From: Acutalibacteraceae bacterium
GTDB taxonomy: Bacteria; Bacillota; Clostridia; Oscillospirales; Acutalibacteraceae
DNA length: 64,000 nucleotides
Reading direction: 5' to 3'
NCBI GenBank assembly: GCA_045634645.1
Contig: JAZRAQ010000006.1
Coordinates: 10,365-74,364 of the forward strand
In this document: one piece after another, positions 46,859-56,355 of the stretch
Layout of the letters: each line of letters begins with the position of its first letter
How positions within the stretch are numbered: the stretch's first letter is position 1
Position numbers and translations under genes: made by a program
The notes under the pieces: generated by a model
What the model saw: the letters and a program-made list of their open reading frames with translations, nothing else
What the model was told of the DNA's origin: nothing
Database searches by the model: none

Positions 46859-47747
46859 CTGTTTTTATTTCAAGCTTTTCGTTTGTAACATCAAAGGTTA
46901 TGTCACCGTGTTTATCGGTTCTGAAAATCTTGGAATTTGCATTTTCCAAAGCGGTTAAGGTTTCCTTGTTAGGATGCGAATACATATTATCCTCACCCAC
47001 CGAAATCACTGCGTATTCAGGTGTTGTAGCCCTTAAAAATTCTTTTGAAGTGGAAGAATTGCTACCGTGATGCCCTACCTTTAACACATCACAATCCAAA
47101 TTTAAATTTTCCTCAAGTATATAGTTTTCTGCCTTTGTTTCGGCGTCACCCGCAAATAAGAATTTAAAACCTTTAATTTCCGCTATAGTGAAAACAGAGC
47201 GGTTATTTTCATTTCTTTTATCATTTAAGTATCCCAAAACCGTAATTTCAAACTCTCCGATTTTAAAATTAAGTCCTGCCACAGCGTTGTAAAAATTTCC
47301 ACCGTTATTTGTAATGAATGTTCTTGCATTTTTAGCCGCAGTAAGACTGGAATTTAAAATTTCAGGCATAATTAAATTTTTAACGGTATAGATTTCGGAA
47401 ATCTTTTTGAGCGCGCCGACATGGTCGGAATGAAGATGTGAAATTAAAGCTACATCAATTTCTTTTATCTTGCAAGAAGATAAATCCTCAAAAATTTCGC
47501 TGGCCGAATTCGGAAGACCCATATCAATTACGGCAGAATATCCGTTAGAATAAATAATCGCGCTGTCCGCTTGACCGACATCGGTAAACATTATAAAATC
47601 ACGCTCAATGTCGTTTTCGCCTTTTGTAATTTTTTTAATTGCAAGCGGATTTAAGATAAAATATACACAAATCGCAAAGCAAGCCACACATAATACTGCG
47701 AATATTATGTATAAGGCTTGCTTTTTTCGAGAACTATTCCTCGTCAT
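46851..47747 (-). CDS. Membrane-anchored metallo-beta-lactamase-fold protein (ComEC/Rec2 C-terminal domain-like)
   Basis: HLHSDHVG motif, VGHHGS, and an N-terminal TM anchor. Confidence 0.8.
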   Translation of the reverse strand: MTRNSSRKKQALYIIFAVLCVACFAICVYFILNPLAIKKITKGENDIERDFIMFTDVGQADSAIIYSNGYSAVIDMGLPNSASEIFEDLSSCKIKEIDVALISHLHSDHVGALKKISEIYTVKNLIMPEILNSSLTAAKNARTFITNNGGNFYNAVAGLNFKIGEFEITVLGYLNDKRNENNRSVFTIAEIKGFKFLFAGDAETKAENYILEENLNLDCDVLKVGHHGSNSSTSKEFLRATTPEYAVISVGEDNMYSHPNKETLTALENANSKIFRTDKHGDITFDVTNEKLEIKTEK

Positions 47748-50118
47748 CAGAAGAAAGCTCCATTTCCATCAATTGTTCGGGCGTAATCAACACCTTACGG
47801 GGTTTAGAGCCTTCATAAGGTCCTACTACTCCTCTTTCTTCCATTTCGTCAATAATTCTTGCCGCTCTGGCATAACCGAGTTTGAGCTTTCTTTGCAAAA
47901 GTGATGTTGATGCCTGCCCGTTTTCAACAACAACCTTAATTGCTTCTTTAATCATCGGGTCGTCTGACGGACCATCTTCCGAAAGTCCGGTCTTCTGCTT
48001 TTTCTCAATCGCTGCCTGACGCTCAATTTCGAACATAATGTCTTCATCATATTTTGCAGAATGGTCGCCCTTAATAAAGTTTACAACGTCCTTAATCTCA
48101 TCATTGCTTACAAAACATCCTTGAACGCGCTTTGGCTTATTAGTACCAACAGGGCTGAACAGCATATCTCCTCTGCCAAGGAGTTTTTCTGCGCCCGCGT
48201 TATCAAGAATTGTTCTGGAGTCAATCTGTGAAGAAGTTGTAAGAGCGATACGGGTTGGAATGTTTGCCTTAATAACGCCTGTAATAACATCTACTGACGG
48301 GCGTTGGGTTGCCAAAATCAAGTGCATACCTGCCGCTCTTGCTTTAGCGGCGATACGGGCAATATAATCCTCCACCTCTTTGGATGCAGTTTGCATTAAA
48401 TCGGCAAACTCGTCTATCATAATAACGATATACGGCATTTTTTCGATTTCTTCATCGCCCAATTCTTCAACAAATTCGTTATATTCTTCGATATTTCTGA
48501 CCTTTCGGTCTGAAAGCATTTTATAACGCTTTTCCATTTCGGTAACTGCCCAGCCCAAAGCGCCTGCCGCTTTTCTTGGGTCAGTAACAACAGGCACCAA
48601 AAGATGAGGTATACCGTTGTACGGCTCAAACTCAACTGTTTTAGGGTCAATAAGCAAAAGCTTTAATTCATCGGGTGTATTTTTATACAAAAGACTTATA
48701 ATTATAGAGTTGGTACAAACCGATTTACCCGAACCTGTAGCGCCTGCGATAAGTCCGTGCGGCATTTTAGAAACATCAGCAGTTATAATGTTACCGCTAA
48801 TATCCTTACCCAAAGCAACAGTTAACTTGCTTTTGGCCGAAACAAATTCAGGTGATTCCAAAATTTCACGAATACACACAGCATTCTTTTCTTTGTTAGG
48901 TACTTCAATACCAACAGCCGCTTTATTAGGAATAGGCGCTTCAATTCTAACGTTACCTGCAGCAAGGTTAAGGGCAATATCGTCTGCCAAAGCGGTGATT
49001 TTGCTTATTTTAACACCTGCGCAAGGTTGGAGTTCATATCTTGTAACGGTCGGTCCCCTTGAAATATCAACAATTCTGGTTTCAACGCCGAAGCTTCTCA
49101 AAGTATTAACCAGATGCTCGGCAGTAACCGCATTGTCTTCGCCTATTTTACCGCTTGAAATTTTAGGTTCGTCAAGCAAAGTAAGCGGGGGGAAAACATA
49201 CCCTTCATCAGTAGCGGTATCTAGCCCTTCCTCAACATCCTTTGTAAAGCTTTCGGTTTCCGCCTTAACGTCAATATTTATTGCCTCTTGCTCGGCAGTT
49301 TTTAAAGCGGTATCCAGTTTTTCTTTATCCTCACTGCCTTCAGGATAAGAAATTCCGTAATTTTCTTTTTCAATCGGCACTTCCTTGCCGTAATATGTAT
49401 CAACAACCTTTTTCTGTCTTGCAGATAATTTGGCGGCGTTTTTCTTTTGATTTTCGAGGCTGTCATCAACAGGTATATCAACATTAAAGCCTTTTATAAC
49501 CTTTAATTCACCCTCTTGCTTTTCCATTCTTTCTTGATATGCAGTCTGCGCTTGGGTGCCGATTGATTTCACAGGTTTTGCAACCGTTTTAAAGAATGTA
49601 ATAAGAGTTGTGCCTGTGATGACCATAAATAAAACGAAAATAAGAAGTATTATGGTTATAGCCGCGCCGGTTTTTCCGAATGCCAGATAAATCGGCTGTC
49701 CGATAAGCGCGCCCAAAAATCCGCCGCTCTTAAGCGCCACACCCGAAGTATAAGCATTTGTTAAATGTTGCCAAAAAGACACATCGCTATGCTTTGAAAA
49801 AACATCAATACAAGAGCCTATCAAAACAACCGATAATGTACTCTCAATTATCTTGGCTTTAATAGAGCTTCCTAATTTATCCATAGCTGATATAACCGCA
49901 ACAAAACCCAATAAAAAAGGATAAAAATATGCGGTTACGCCAAATATTCCGAAAATAAAATTATGTAATGCTTGCCAAACATTCTCGCCCTTTATAAAAA
50001 CTACGCAAAGCAAGAAAATTGCCACTGTAAACCAAATTACCGAAAGCAACTGTCTGTTTGCCGCATTTTGCGCCTCTCTTCTCTTTTGGGCGGCTTTACT
50101 GCTTTTTCTCTTAGCCAT
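47734..50118 (-). CDS. ftsK: DNA translocase FtsK/SpoIIIE
   Basis: N-terminal TMs, Walker A GATGSGKSV, Walker B IVIMIDEFADL, and a C-terminal gamma wHTH (LLQRKLKLGYARAARIIDEME). Confidence 0.95.
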   Translation of the reverse strand: MAKRKSSKAAQKRREAQNAANRQLLSVIWFTVAIFLLCVVFIKGENVWQALHNFIFGIFGVTAYFYPFLLGFVAVISAMDKLGSSIKAKIIESTLSVVLIGSCIDVFSKHSDVSFWQHLTNAYTSGVALKSGGFLGALIGQPIYLAFGKTGAAITIILLIFVLFMVITGTTLITFFKTVAKPVKSIGTQAQTAYQERMEKQEGELKVIKGFNVDIPVDDSLENQKKNAAKLSARQKKVVDTYYGKEVPIEKENYGISYPEGSEDKEKLDTALKTAEQEAINIDVKAETESFTKDVEEGLDTATDEGYVFPPLTLLDEPKISSGKIGEDNAVTAEHLVNTLRSFGVETRIVDISRGPTVTRYELQPCAGVKISKITALADDIALNLAAGNVRIEAPIPNKAAVGIEVPNKEKNAVCIREILESPEFVSAKSKLTVALGKDISGNIITADVSKMPHGLIAGATGSGKSVCTNSIIISLLYKNTPDELKLLLIDPKTVEFEPYNGIPHLLVPVVTDPRKAAGALGWAVTEMEKRYKMLSDRKVRNIEEYNEFVEELGDEEIEKMPYIVIMIDEFADLMQTASKEVEDYIARIAAKARAAGMHLILATQRPSVDVITGVIKANIPTRIALTTSSQIDSRTILDNAGAEKLLGRGDMLFSPVGTNKPKRVQGCFVSNDEIKDVVNFIKGDHSAKYDEDIMFEIERQAAIEKKQKTGLSEDGPSDDPMIKEAIKVVVENGQASTSLLQRKLKLGYARAARIIDEMEERGVVGPYEGSKPRKVLITPEQLMEMELSSDDEE

Positions 50119-50146
50119 AAATTTCTCCTTATGTATAGGCGCAAAG

Positions 50147-50821
50147 TTACGCCTTATTTTCTATCAAATCATAAAGGCCCTCTATCACTTGGTTCAAAGA
50201 GCCGATTTCATCAATAAGTCCTTCTTCCACTGCCTTTTCGCCTGACAGTACCGAGCCGACATCAGTAACCATTTCACCCGTATTCATCATAATTTCGGTG
50301 AATCTTTCGGGTGATATTTTAGAATTTCTCGTTACAAAATCGGTAATTCTTTCTTGCATTCTTGCAAAGTAATTGAACATCTGCGGAACACCGATTATAA
50401 GTCCGTTAGTTCTGACGGGATGCACCGTCATAGTAGCCGATGGCGCTATAAACGAACGCTTTGCCGATACCGCTAACGGAACCCCTATTGAATGTCCGCC
50501 GCCTAAAACAAAGGAAACGGTGGGTTTTTTCATGCCCGAAATAAGCTCGGCAATAGCAAGACCCGCTTCAACGTCACCGCCGACAGTATTAAGTATTACA
50601 AGCAGTCCTTCAATTTCTTTTGATTCTTCAACCGCCACCAACTGAGGTATAATATGCTCATATTTGGTGGTTTTGGTCTGTTCTGAAAGAACGTTATGCC
50701 CCTCAATCTCACCGACTATGGTAAGGCAATATATTTTATGCTTTCCCGAAAAAGAGGTTATTGCTCCGAATTCCTTAATTTCCTCGGTTTGTTTATTTTC
50801 TTTAGTATTTTTGTCGCTCAT
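50147..50821 (-). CDS. tepA: ClpP-fold serine protease-like protein (TepA/YmfB-like)
   Basis: ClpP-like core (LNTVGGDVEAGLAIAELI, GGGHSIG). Adjacent to ftsK as in Bacillus. ATG at 50821 lies 6 nt after GGGGTG. Confidence 0.75.
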   Translation of the reverse strand: MSDKNTKENKQTEEIKEFGAITSFSGKHKIYCLTIVGEIEGHNVLSEQTKTTKYEHIIPQLVAVEESKEIEGLLVILNTVGGDVEAGLAIAELISGMKKPTVSFVLGGGHSIGVPLAVSAKRSFIAPSATMTVHPVRTNGLIIGVPQMFNYFARMQERITDFVTRNSKISPERFTEIMMNTGEMVTDVGSVLSGEKAVEEGLIDEIGSLNQVIEGLYDLIENKA

Positions 50822-50992
50822 ATAATTCACCCCAAATTAGTATGGAATGAAAGTCGCAACATATACATAATTTATTATATCACATACACCAAATTATAAC
50901 AAGCAATTTTACTTTGTTTAAATCAAAAAATCGTTGTAAAATGTCGAAAAATGTGTTAAAATATATATGAAATTTATTGTGAGGGGTAAATT

Positions 50993-51835
50993 ATGAGAGC
51001 GGACGGAAGAAGACTGAGAAATACCGACCCTATGTATAGGGTTGCGGCTCATATTATGGATAAACGTGTGGACTCTATGAATATGACCACTATCGATATT
51101 CCATACGAGCCACTTCAGGAATACATAAACAAAAAGCGTAAGGAAGGTATAAATATAAGCCACATGGCTTTAGTTATTGCAGCATACCTTCGCACTGCGG
51201 CTGAGTATCCTGAAATTAACCGCTTTGTTGTTAACAAAAAGGTATATGCCAGAAATGAATTTGCGGTTGGTATGGTTGTTTTAAAATCGCTTAAAGACCA
51301 TAACGGCACTATGTCAAAAATGTACTTCAAGCCTGAAAACACAATTTTTGATGTCAACAATATTATTAACACTTACGTTGCCGAAAACCAAGCAGCTCCC
51401 GAAAAAAACGGCACTGAAAAGATAATAAAATTTCTTTTAAGTATACCGGGACTTTTAACTGTGGGTGTTGGCTTATTTAAATTCTTGGATAAACACGGAC
51501 TTTTACCAAAAGCTATTATTGATATGTCACCATTCCATATGAGTCTTGGCATCACCAATCTGGCATCTATCAGAACCAATCATATTTATCACCACTGTTA
51601 TGAATTTGGTACCACCAGCGTATTTATGGCAATGGGTAACTTGCGCGAAATACCAAAACGCAAGGGCAAGGAAATCGTCTTTGAACGCAGTTTGCCTATC
51701 GGCGTTACTATGGATGAGCGTATATGCTCGGGCAGTTATTTCGCCTCAGCATTCAGATGTATGAAAAAGTATCTTGCTAATCCCGAACTTTTAGAAACCC
51801 CGCCCGAAACCGTAATTGAAGATAATTGCAAATAA
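50993..51835 (+). CDS. Stand-alone 2-oxoacid dehydrogenase E2/CAT-like acyltransferase-fold protein
   Basis: E2 catalytic-domain-like pattern (ISHMALVIAAYLRTAAEYPEINRF ... GVTMDERICSGSYFASAF). The canonical DHRxxDG reads DERICSG. Confidence 0.55.
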   Translation: MRADGRRLRNTDPMYRVAAHIMDKRVDSMNMTTIDIPYEPLQEYINKKRKEGINISHMALVIAAYLRTAAEYPEINRFVVNKKVYARNEFAVGMVVLKSLKDHNGTMSKMYFKPENTIFDVNNIINTYVAENQAAPEKNGTEKIIKFLLSIPGLLTVGVGLFKFLDKHGLLPKAIIDMSPFHMSLGITNLASIRTNHIYHHCYEFGTTSVFMAMGNLREIPKRKGKEIVFERSLPIGVTMDERICSGSYFASAFRCMKKYLANPELLETPPETVIEDNCK

Positions 51836-51898
51836 CCCCTTGATTTCAAAGGTGTTTTAGTATAAAATATATTGGAAAAAATATTTGGAGGAACTGAA

Positions 51899-52762
51899 AT
51901 GTTAGTATCTGCAAAAGAAATGCTACAAAAAGCAAAGGCCGGCAAATATGCAGTTGGTCAATTCAACATCAACAATTTGGAATGGACTAAAGCCATTCTT
52001 CAAACCGCTCAAGAGTTAAACTCTCCCGTAATCCTTGGTGTATCAGAGGGCGCAGGCAAATATATGTGTGGCTATAAAACCGTAGTTGGTATGGTTAACG
52101 GTATGTTAGAGGAAATGAATATCACTGTTCCTGTTGCACTCCACCTTGACCACGGTTCATACGAAGGCGCAAAAAAATGCATCGAAGCAGGATTTTCTTC
52201 CGTTATGTTTGACGGTTCACATTACCCGATTGAAGAAAACATTGCAAAGACCAAAGAATTGGTTAAAACCTGTAATGAATTAGGTTTATCACTTGAGGCT
52301 GAGGTTGGCGCTATCGGTGGTGAGGAAGACGGTGTTATCGGCAGCGGTGAAGTTGCAGACCCCGAAGAATGCAAAATGATTGCAGATTTAGGCGTTACAA
52401 TGTTGGCTGCAGGTATCGGCAATATTCACGGTAAGTACCCTGAAAATTGGGCAGGCTTGAGCTTTGACACACTTGATAATATCCAAAAATTAACAGGCGA
52501 TATGCCTTTAGTACTTCACGGCGGTACAGGTATCCCCGCTGATATGATTAAAAAGGCAATCTCTTTAGGTGTTTCTAAAATCAATGTTAACACCGAGTGT
52601 CAATTATCATTTGCAGACGCTACAAGAAAATATATTGAAGCAGGCAAAGACCTTCAGGGCAAGGGATTTGACCCAAGAAAACTTTTAGCAGACGGTTGCC
52701 AAGCAATCAAAGACACTGTTAAAGAAAAAATGGAACTCTTCGGTTCTGTAAACAAAGCATAA
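51899..52762 (+). CDS. fba: Class II fructose-1,6-bisphosphate aldolase
   Basis: MLVSAKEMLQKAKAGKYAVGQFNINNLEW, VALHLDHG, VLHGGTG. ATG at 51899 follows GGAGGA. Confidence 0.93.
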   Translation: MLVSAKEMLQKAKAGKYAVGQFNINNLEWTKAILQTAQELNSPVILGVSEGAGKYMCGYKTVVGMVNGMLEEMNITVPVALHLDHGSYEGAKKCIEAGFSSVMFDGSHYPIEENIAKTKELVKTCNELGLSLEAEVGAIGGEEDGVIGSGEVADPEECKMIADLGVTMLAAGIGNIHGKYPENWAGLSFDTLDNIQKLTGDMPLVLHGGTGIPADMIKKAISLGVSKINVNTECQLSFADATRKYIEAGKDLQGKGFDPRKLLADGCQAIKDTVKEKMELFGSVNKA

Positions 52763-52779
52763 ACTTATTACTATATATA

Positions 52780-52815
52780 AAAAACTCCCGATGAAAATTC
52801 ATCGGGAGTTTTTAT
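52780..52815. terminator. Bidirectional terminator
   Basis: AAAACTCCCGATGA-AAAT-TCATCGGGAGTTTT. Confidence 0.85.
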
Positions 52816-52819
52816 TGTA

Positions 52820-54268
52820 TTATACCTTTTTCTTTTTAATAAACTTTTCTTTTACGCTATCCAAAAATGCCATAGCCTCTTTATCGCGAGTAATCAATAT
52901 CAATGCCATATAAATAATTATACCCACAAAACCTTGAACCATTGTGCACAAAACACCGTCCAAACACAAGGAAATCGGAAAAATGACAGCAAACATAATC
53001 GCCGCATATAAAACATATTTTAAGCATCTCTTTATATCGCTTAAAATCGGAATTTGCTTGCGAATACAAATAACCTCTATTATAATTACAACCATTTCAG
53101 CTATTACGGTTGCAACCGAAGCGCCGAAAGCATTATAGAACCTTATAAGTATCAAATTTAATACAAAATTTGTAACCGCACCGCCTACTACCGCTAAAGT
53201 AAACACCTTTTGTCTTTTAGAAGGAACCAAATACTGTCTTCCAACCACGGTGGACATACCGATTGCCAAAATAATCGGACTTGCAACCATCATAAGCGGG
53301 CCTACTACCGAAAATTCCTTGCCGTAAAACCAAATAACGAAATTATTTGCACAGGCGGCAATGCCAAACATCATAGGACAACCTAACATAAATACAAATT
53401 GCACTGATTTTTTCATCATTGAAGCAATTTCGTCATTCTTGCCCTTGGCAAAAGCATTGGTCATCGCAGGAAGCATAACCACGCTTAACGATGTAATCAA
53501 CTGTAAAACGGCTTTTATTATGTTTTGCGAATAGGTGTAGAAAGCAACATTGTCAATGTTAGGTGAAATAATACCTACCATCGTTTTATCCAATACAGTA
53601 TAAACCTCAATAGCAATTTGCGGTATAAAAAGTGCTATCATCGGCTTAACATAACCCAAAACCGATTTAAATTCAACCTTTGTTTTTACCAAATATTTCG
53701 GCAGATAAATCCACAGTGACAAATTGCCGATTAATGTCGGCAAAATAAAACATAATGTGTACTTATAAATGTCTTCGGGGGATTTTACAAAGATAAATAT
53801 TGAAGTTACGCCCAAAAGCTTAAAAACAGTATTTCTTGCAACGATTTTCCCGAATTCTTCCATACCTTGAAAAAACCAAGTAACATCTACCATATTGGAA
53901 ATCAATTCAAGAAAAAGCACAAAATAAAGCAAACGGTATTCCTTTACACTAAAAACAAAGCCTACATAAATCAAACTACTTATCAAAAGCGTAATTATAC
54001 GAAAAACAAGCATTTCTCCAAAAGCCTTTGAACGCTTTTGCTTGTCATCTTGAAAATAGGCCACTTCTCTTTGGGCAAAAAGCGAACTTCCCAATGTTCC
54101 GAAAAGCACGAAGTAGGTAATAATTGAATATCCGTAATTAAAAATTCCTACGCTTGTTGCTTTTAAAGTTCTTGCTAAATAGGGCGAGGTTATAAGCGGT
54201 GTTATAACAAGTAAAACTTGATACGCTGTATTATAGATATAATTCTTGAAAACTTTTCCCTTTGCCAC
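52820..54268 (-). CDS. wzx: MOP/Wzx-type oligosaccharide flippase
   Basis: 482 aa, about 12-14 TM segments, polysaccharide-biosynthesis-protein pattern. GTG start. Confidence 0.8.
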   Translation of the reverse strand: MAKGKVFKNYIYNTAYQVLLVITPLITSPYLARTLKATSVGIFNYGYSIITYFVLFGTLGSSLFAQREVAYFQDDKQKRSKAFGEMLVFRIITLLISSLIYVGFVFSVKEYRLLYFVLFLELISNMVDVTWFFQGMEEFGKIVARNTVFKLLGVTSIFIFVKSPEDIYKYTLCFILPTLIGNLSLWIYLPKYLVKTKVEFKSVLGYVKPMIALFIPQIAIEVYTVLDKTMVGIISPNIDNVAFYTYSQNIIKAVLQLITSLSVVMLPAMTNAFAKGKNDEIASMMKKSVQFVFMLGCPMMFGIAACANNFVIWFYGKEFSVVGPLMMVASPIILAIGMSTVVGRQYLVPSKRQKVFTLAVVGGAVTNFVLNLILIRFYNAFGASVATVIAEMVVIIIEVICIRKQIPILSDIKRCLKYVLYAAIMFAVIFPISLCLDGVLCTMVQGFVGIIIYMALILITRDKEAMAFLDSVKEKFIKKKKV

Positions 54269-54298
54269 AGCTTAATACCCTTACCCTTCCGTTAATTT

Positions 54299-55240
54299 TT
54301 ATTTGCTGTAAATTTTATAAAACAATTTTGGGGCAAGCCACAAAATCAAAACCCCTATTTTAAAACGTTTGCTGTAATAAGGCGCAAATAGAATATGGCG
54401 TTTTTTAGTAACCACTCTTTTACGCAAACCCTTTAGTCTGTCAAAAAACTCGTCACTGCCCGATGTTAAAATCTGACGCAGAAGAACAAACGTAGCGTGC
54501 GCCTCATAACTAACCCATTTTTTATAAAGTTCCTTATTATTACCGCACTCCGTCACATATTTATCTCTTAATACCAAAGGATAAAAATGTTCTTCCTTGA
54601 GTTTGGAATGCATACAGGATTCATTGTGAATATAGTAATTATAAGTTATATTATTAATGATTCGAACACGCTTTGCTTTTGTTATGAAATCGTGAACAAA
54701 AATCGAATCCTCCGCCACTTTCACACTCGTATCAAAGCGCAAATCACCTATAACCTCTTTGCGATAGAGTTTATTGCAACAACCCTCTCTTATATCGTAC
54801 ACAAAGTAGCAACCTAAAATATCGTCAGGTGTTTCAGCCTTTACATCATTGATAGGATATGGCACCTCGTGTCCATCAGGCCAAATTTCTTTATAGGCAG
54901 CTTGTGTCATATCAAACCCGTCAATGTTATTATACAACAACTCTAATGTGTATGGTTCTATTGTATCGTCACCGTCAAGAAAATAAATATATTCTCCCTT
55001 CGCATTGTTAAGTCCAACATTTCTTGCATTTGACACACCACCGTTTTCAATTACAATCGGCACAAAACGAGTGTCTTTTTGAGCGTAAAAATCTATTATT
55101 TCTTGGCTTTTATCGGACGAACCATCGTTAACGGTAATTATTTCAAAATCGGTATAGGTTTGTGCCAAAACACTATCCAGACATTTGGACAAGTGTTTTT
55201 CCAAGTTGTAAACAGGTATAATCACAGTAATTTTCGACAT
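54299..55240 (-). CDS. Family 2 glycosyltransferase
   Basis: MSKITVIIPVYN...VNDGSSD...LDGDD motifs (GT-A fold with DxD). Confidence 0.85.
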   Translation of the reverse strand: MSKITVIIPVYNLEKHLSKCLDSVLAQTYTDFEIITVNDGSSDKSQEIIDFYAQKDTRFVPIVIENGGVSNARNVGLNNAKGEYIYFLDGDDTIEPYTLELLYNNIDGFDMTQAAYKEIWPDGHEVPYPINDVKAETPDDILGCYFVYDIREGCCNKLYRKEVIGDLRFDTSVKVAEDSIFVHDFITKAKRVRIINNITYNYYIHNESCMHSKLKEEHFYPLVLRDKYVTECGNNKELYKKWVSYEAHATFVLLRQILTSGSDEFFDRLKGLRKRVVTKKRHILFAPYYSKRFKIGVLILWLAPKLFYKIYSK

Positions 55241-55244
55241 AAAA

Positions 55245-56351
55245 TCAACTTCTTTCGCCATTCTTGAAAAATTCAAACATTTTTTTGCCTTCGGCAACTA
55301 TATCGTAATTATGCTCGGCAACTAATTCGTGGGGATTTTCAATCCTCTTTTGGCTTGCGCTTTTTAAAGCGCTACACCATTTGCTGAAATCATCTTCTAA
55401 AGACAGAAATTCCATATATCCTGTCACATCCGCCTCATAGCTTACACCGGTTGAAGTTACACAAGGCACACCACAGCTTTGAGCTTCAAGCAAAGTTAAA
55501 GGTAACCCCTCGATTATAGATGGTAGAAAGAAAACATCCATAGAGTTATACAAGGCGCAAAGGTCTTGCTTGCCGGTTAAAAATGTAATCTTCTCATATA
55601 TTCCGAGATTTTTTGAAAATTCTATAATCTCACCATTTGCACTGTCACTTAAAAATAACATTTTAGCATTTGGCTCATTTTTTGAAAAATGCGCAAAAAC
55701 CTCAAGTAAAAAATGTTGGTTTTTTTCACGGCAAATGCGTCCAATATGTCCAACAACAAGCGAATCTCCGAAGCCATATTGTTCTCGTAAGTCGTTACGC
55801 TTTTGGCTATCAGGCTTAAAACGCTCAAGACTTATAGCGTTATTCCAAACTCTAACCCTATTTTGTAGCCTTTTAGGATACATAAACCGTCCCGATTTTT
55901 TAGAGCAAGCCCAAATTTCTGTTGCATACTTATCAATAACGAACTTATTTCTGTAGTGCATAATTGGGACTAAAATCTTCATCAACGGGCTTCCCCAAGA
56001 AAAGCCTGATGCGTGAGAATGGGTTATTCTTATTGGAACACCCGCTTTTTTAGCGAGCTTTAAAATGTCGATATTAGTAAGTCCCGAATAGTTACACCAA
56101 ACCGCATCATATTTATTTGTATTAAATATGTGTTTCAGGTCTTTTTTATATTGTATATAATTTTCTCTGCGTCCGGTAGCATATAAAATATTACCTCCGA
56201 GCGCCCTGATTTTTTGTTCTAATTCGGGGTATTTTTCATATTGCAAAAAGTCACATTCACAACCTAATTGGATGAGCTGTTTAGCATAATCTAAAACAAT
56301 AGCCTCTACTCCGCCCATCGGTTCTTTAGGACCGAAAACTAAAATTTTCAT
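55245..56351 (-). CDS. GT-B fold glycosyltransferase (GT4-like)
   Basis: C-terminal EGLPLTLLEAQSCGVPCV (E-x7-E region). 368 aa. Confidence 0.82.
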   Translation of the reverse strand: MKILVFGPKEPMGGVEAIVLDYAKQLIQLGCECDFLQYEKYPELEQKIRALGGNILYATGRRENYIQYKKDLKHIFNTNKYDAVWCNYSGLTNIDILKLAKKAGVPIRITHSHASGFSWGSPLMKILVPIMHYRNKFVIDKYATEIWACSKKSGRFMYPKRLQNRVRVWNNAISLERFKPDSQKRNDLREQYGFGDSLVVGHIGRICREKNQHFLLEVFAHFSKNEPNAKMLFLSDSANGEIIEFSKNLGIYEKITFLTGKQDLCALYNSMDVFFLPSIIEGLPLTLLEAQSCGVPCVTSTGVSYEADVTGYMEFLSLEDDFSKWCSALKSASQKRIENPHELVAEHNYDIVAEGKKMFEFFKNGERS

Positions 56352-56355
56352 AAAA

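Noticed and set aside
48617-49348. 243-aa plus-strand ORF inside ftsK
   Set aside because: It is antisense to the conserved FtsK motor domain and has an S/L/P/T-rich composition typical of a reverse-frame artefact.
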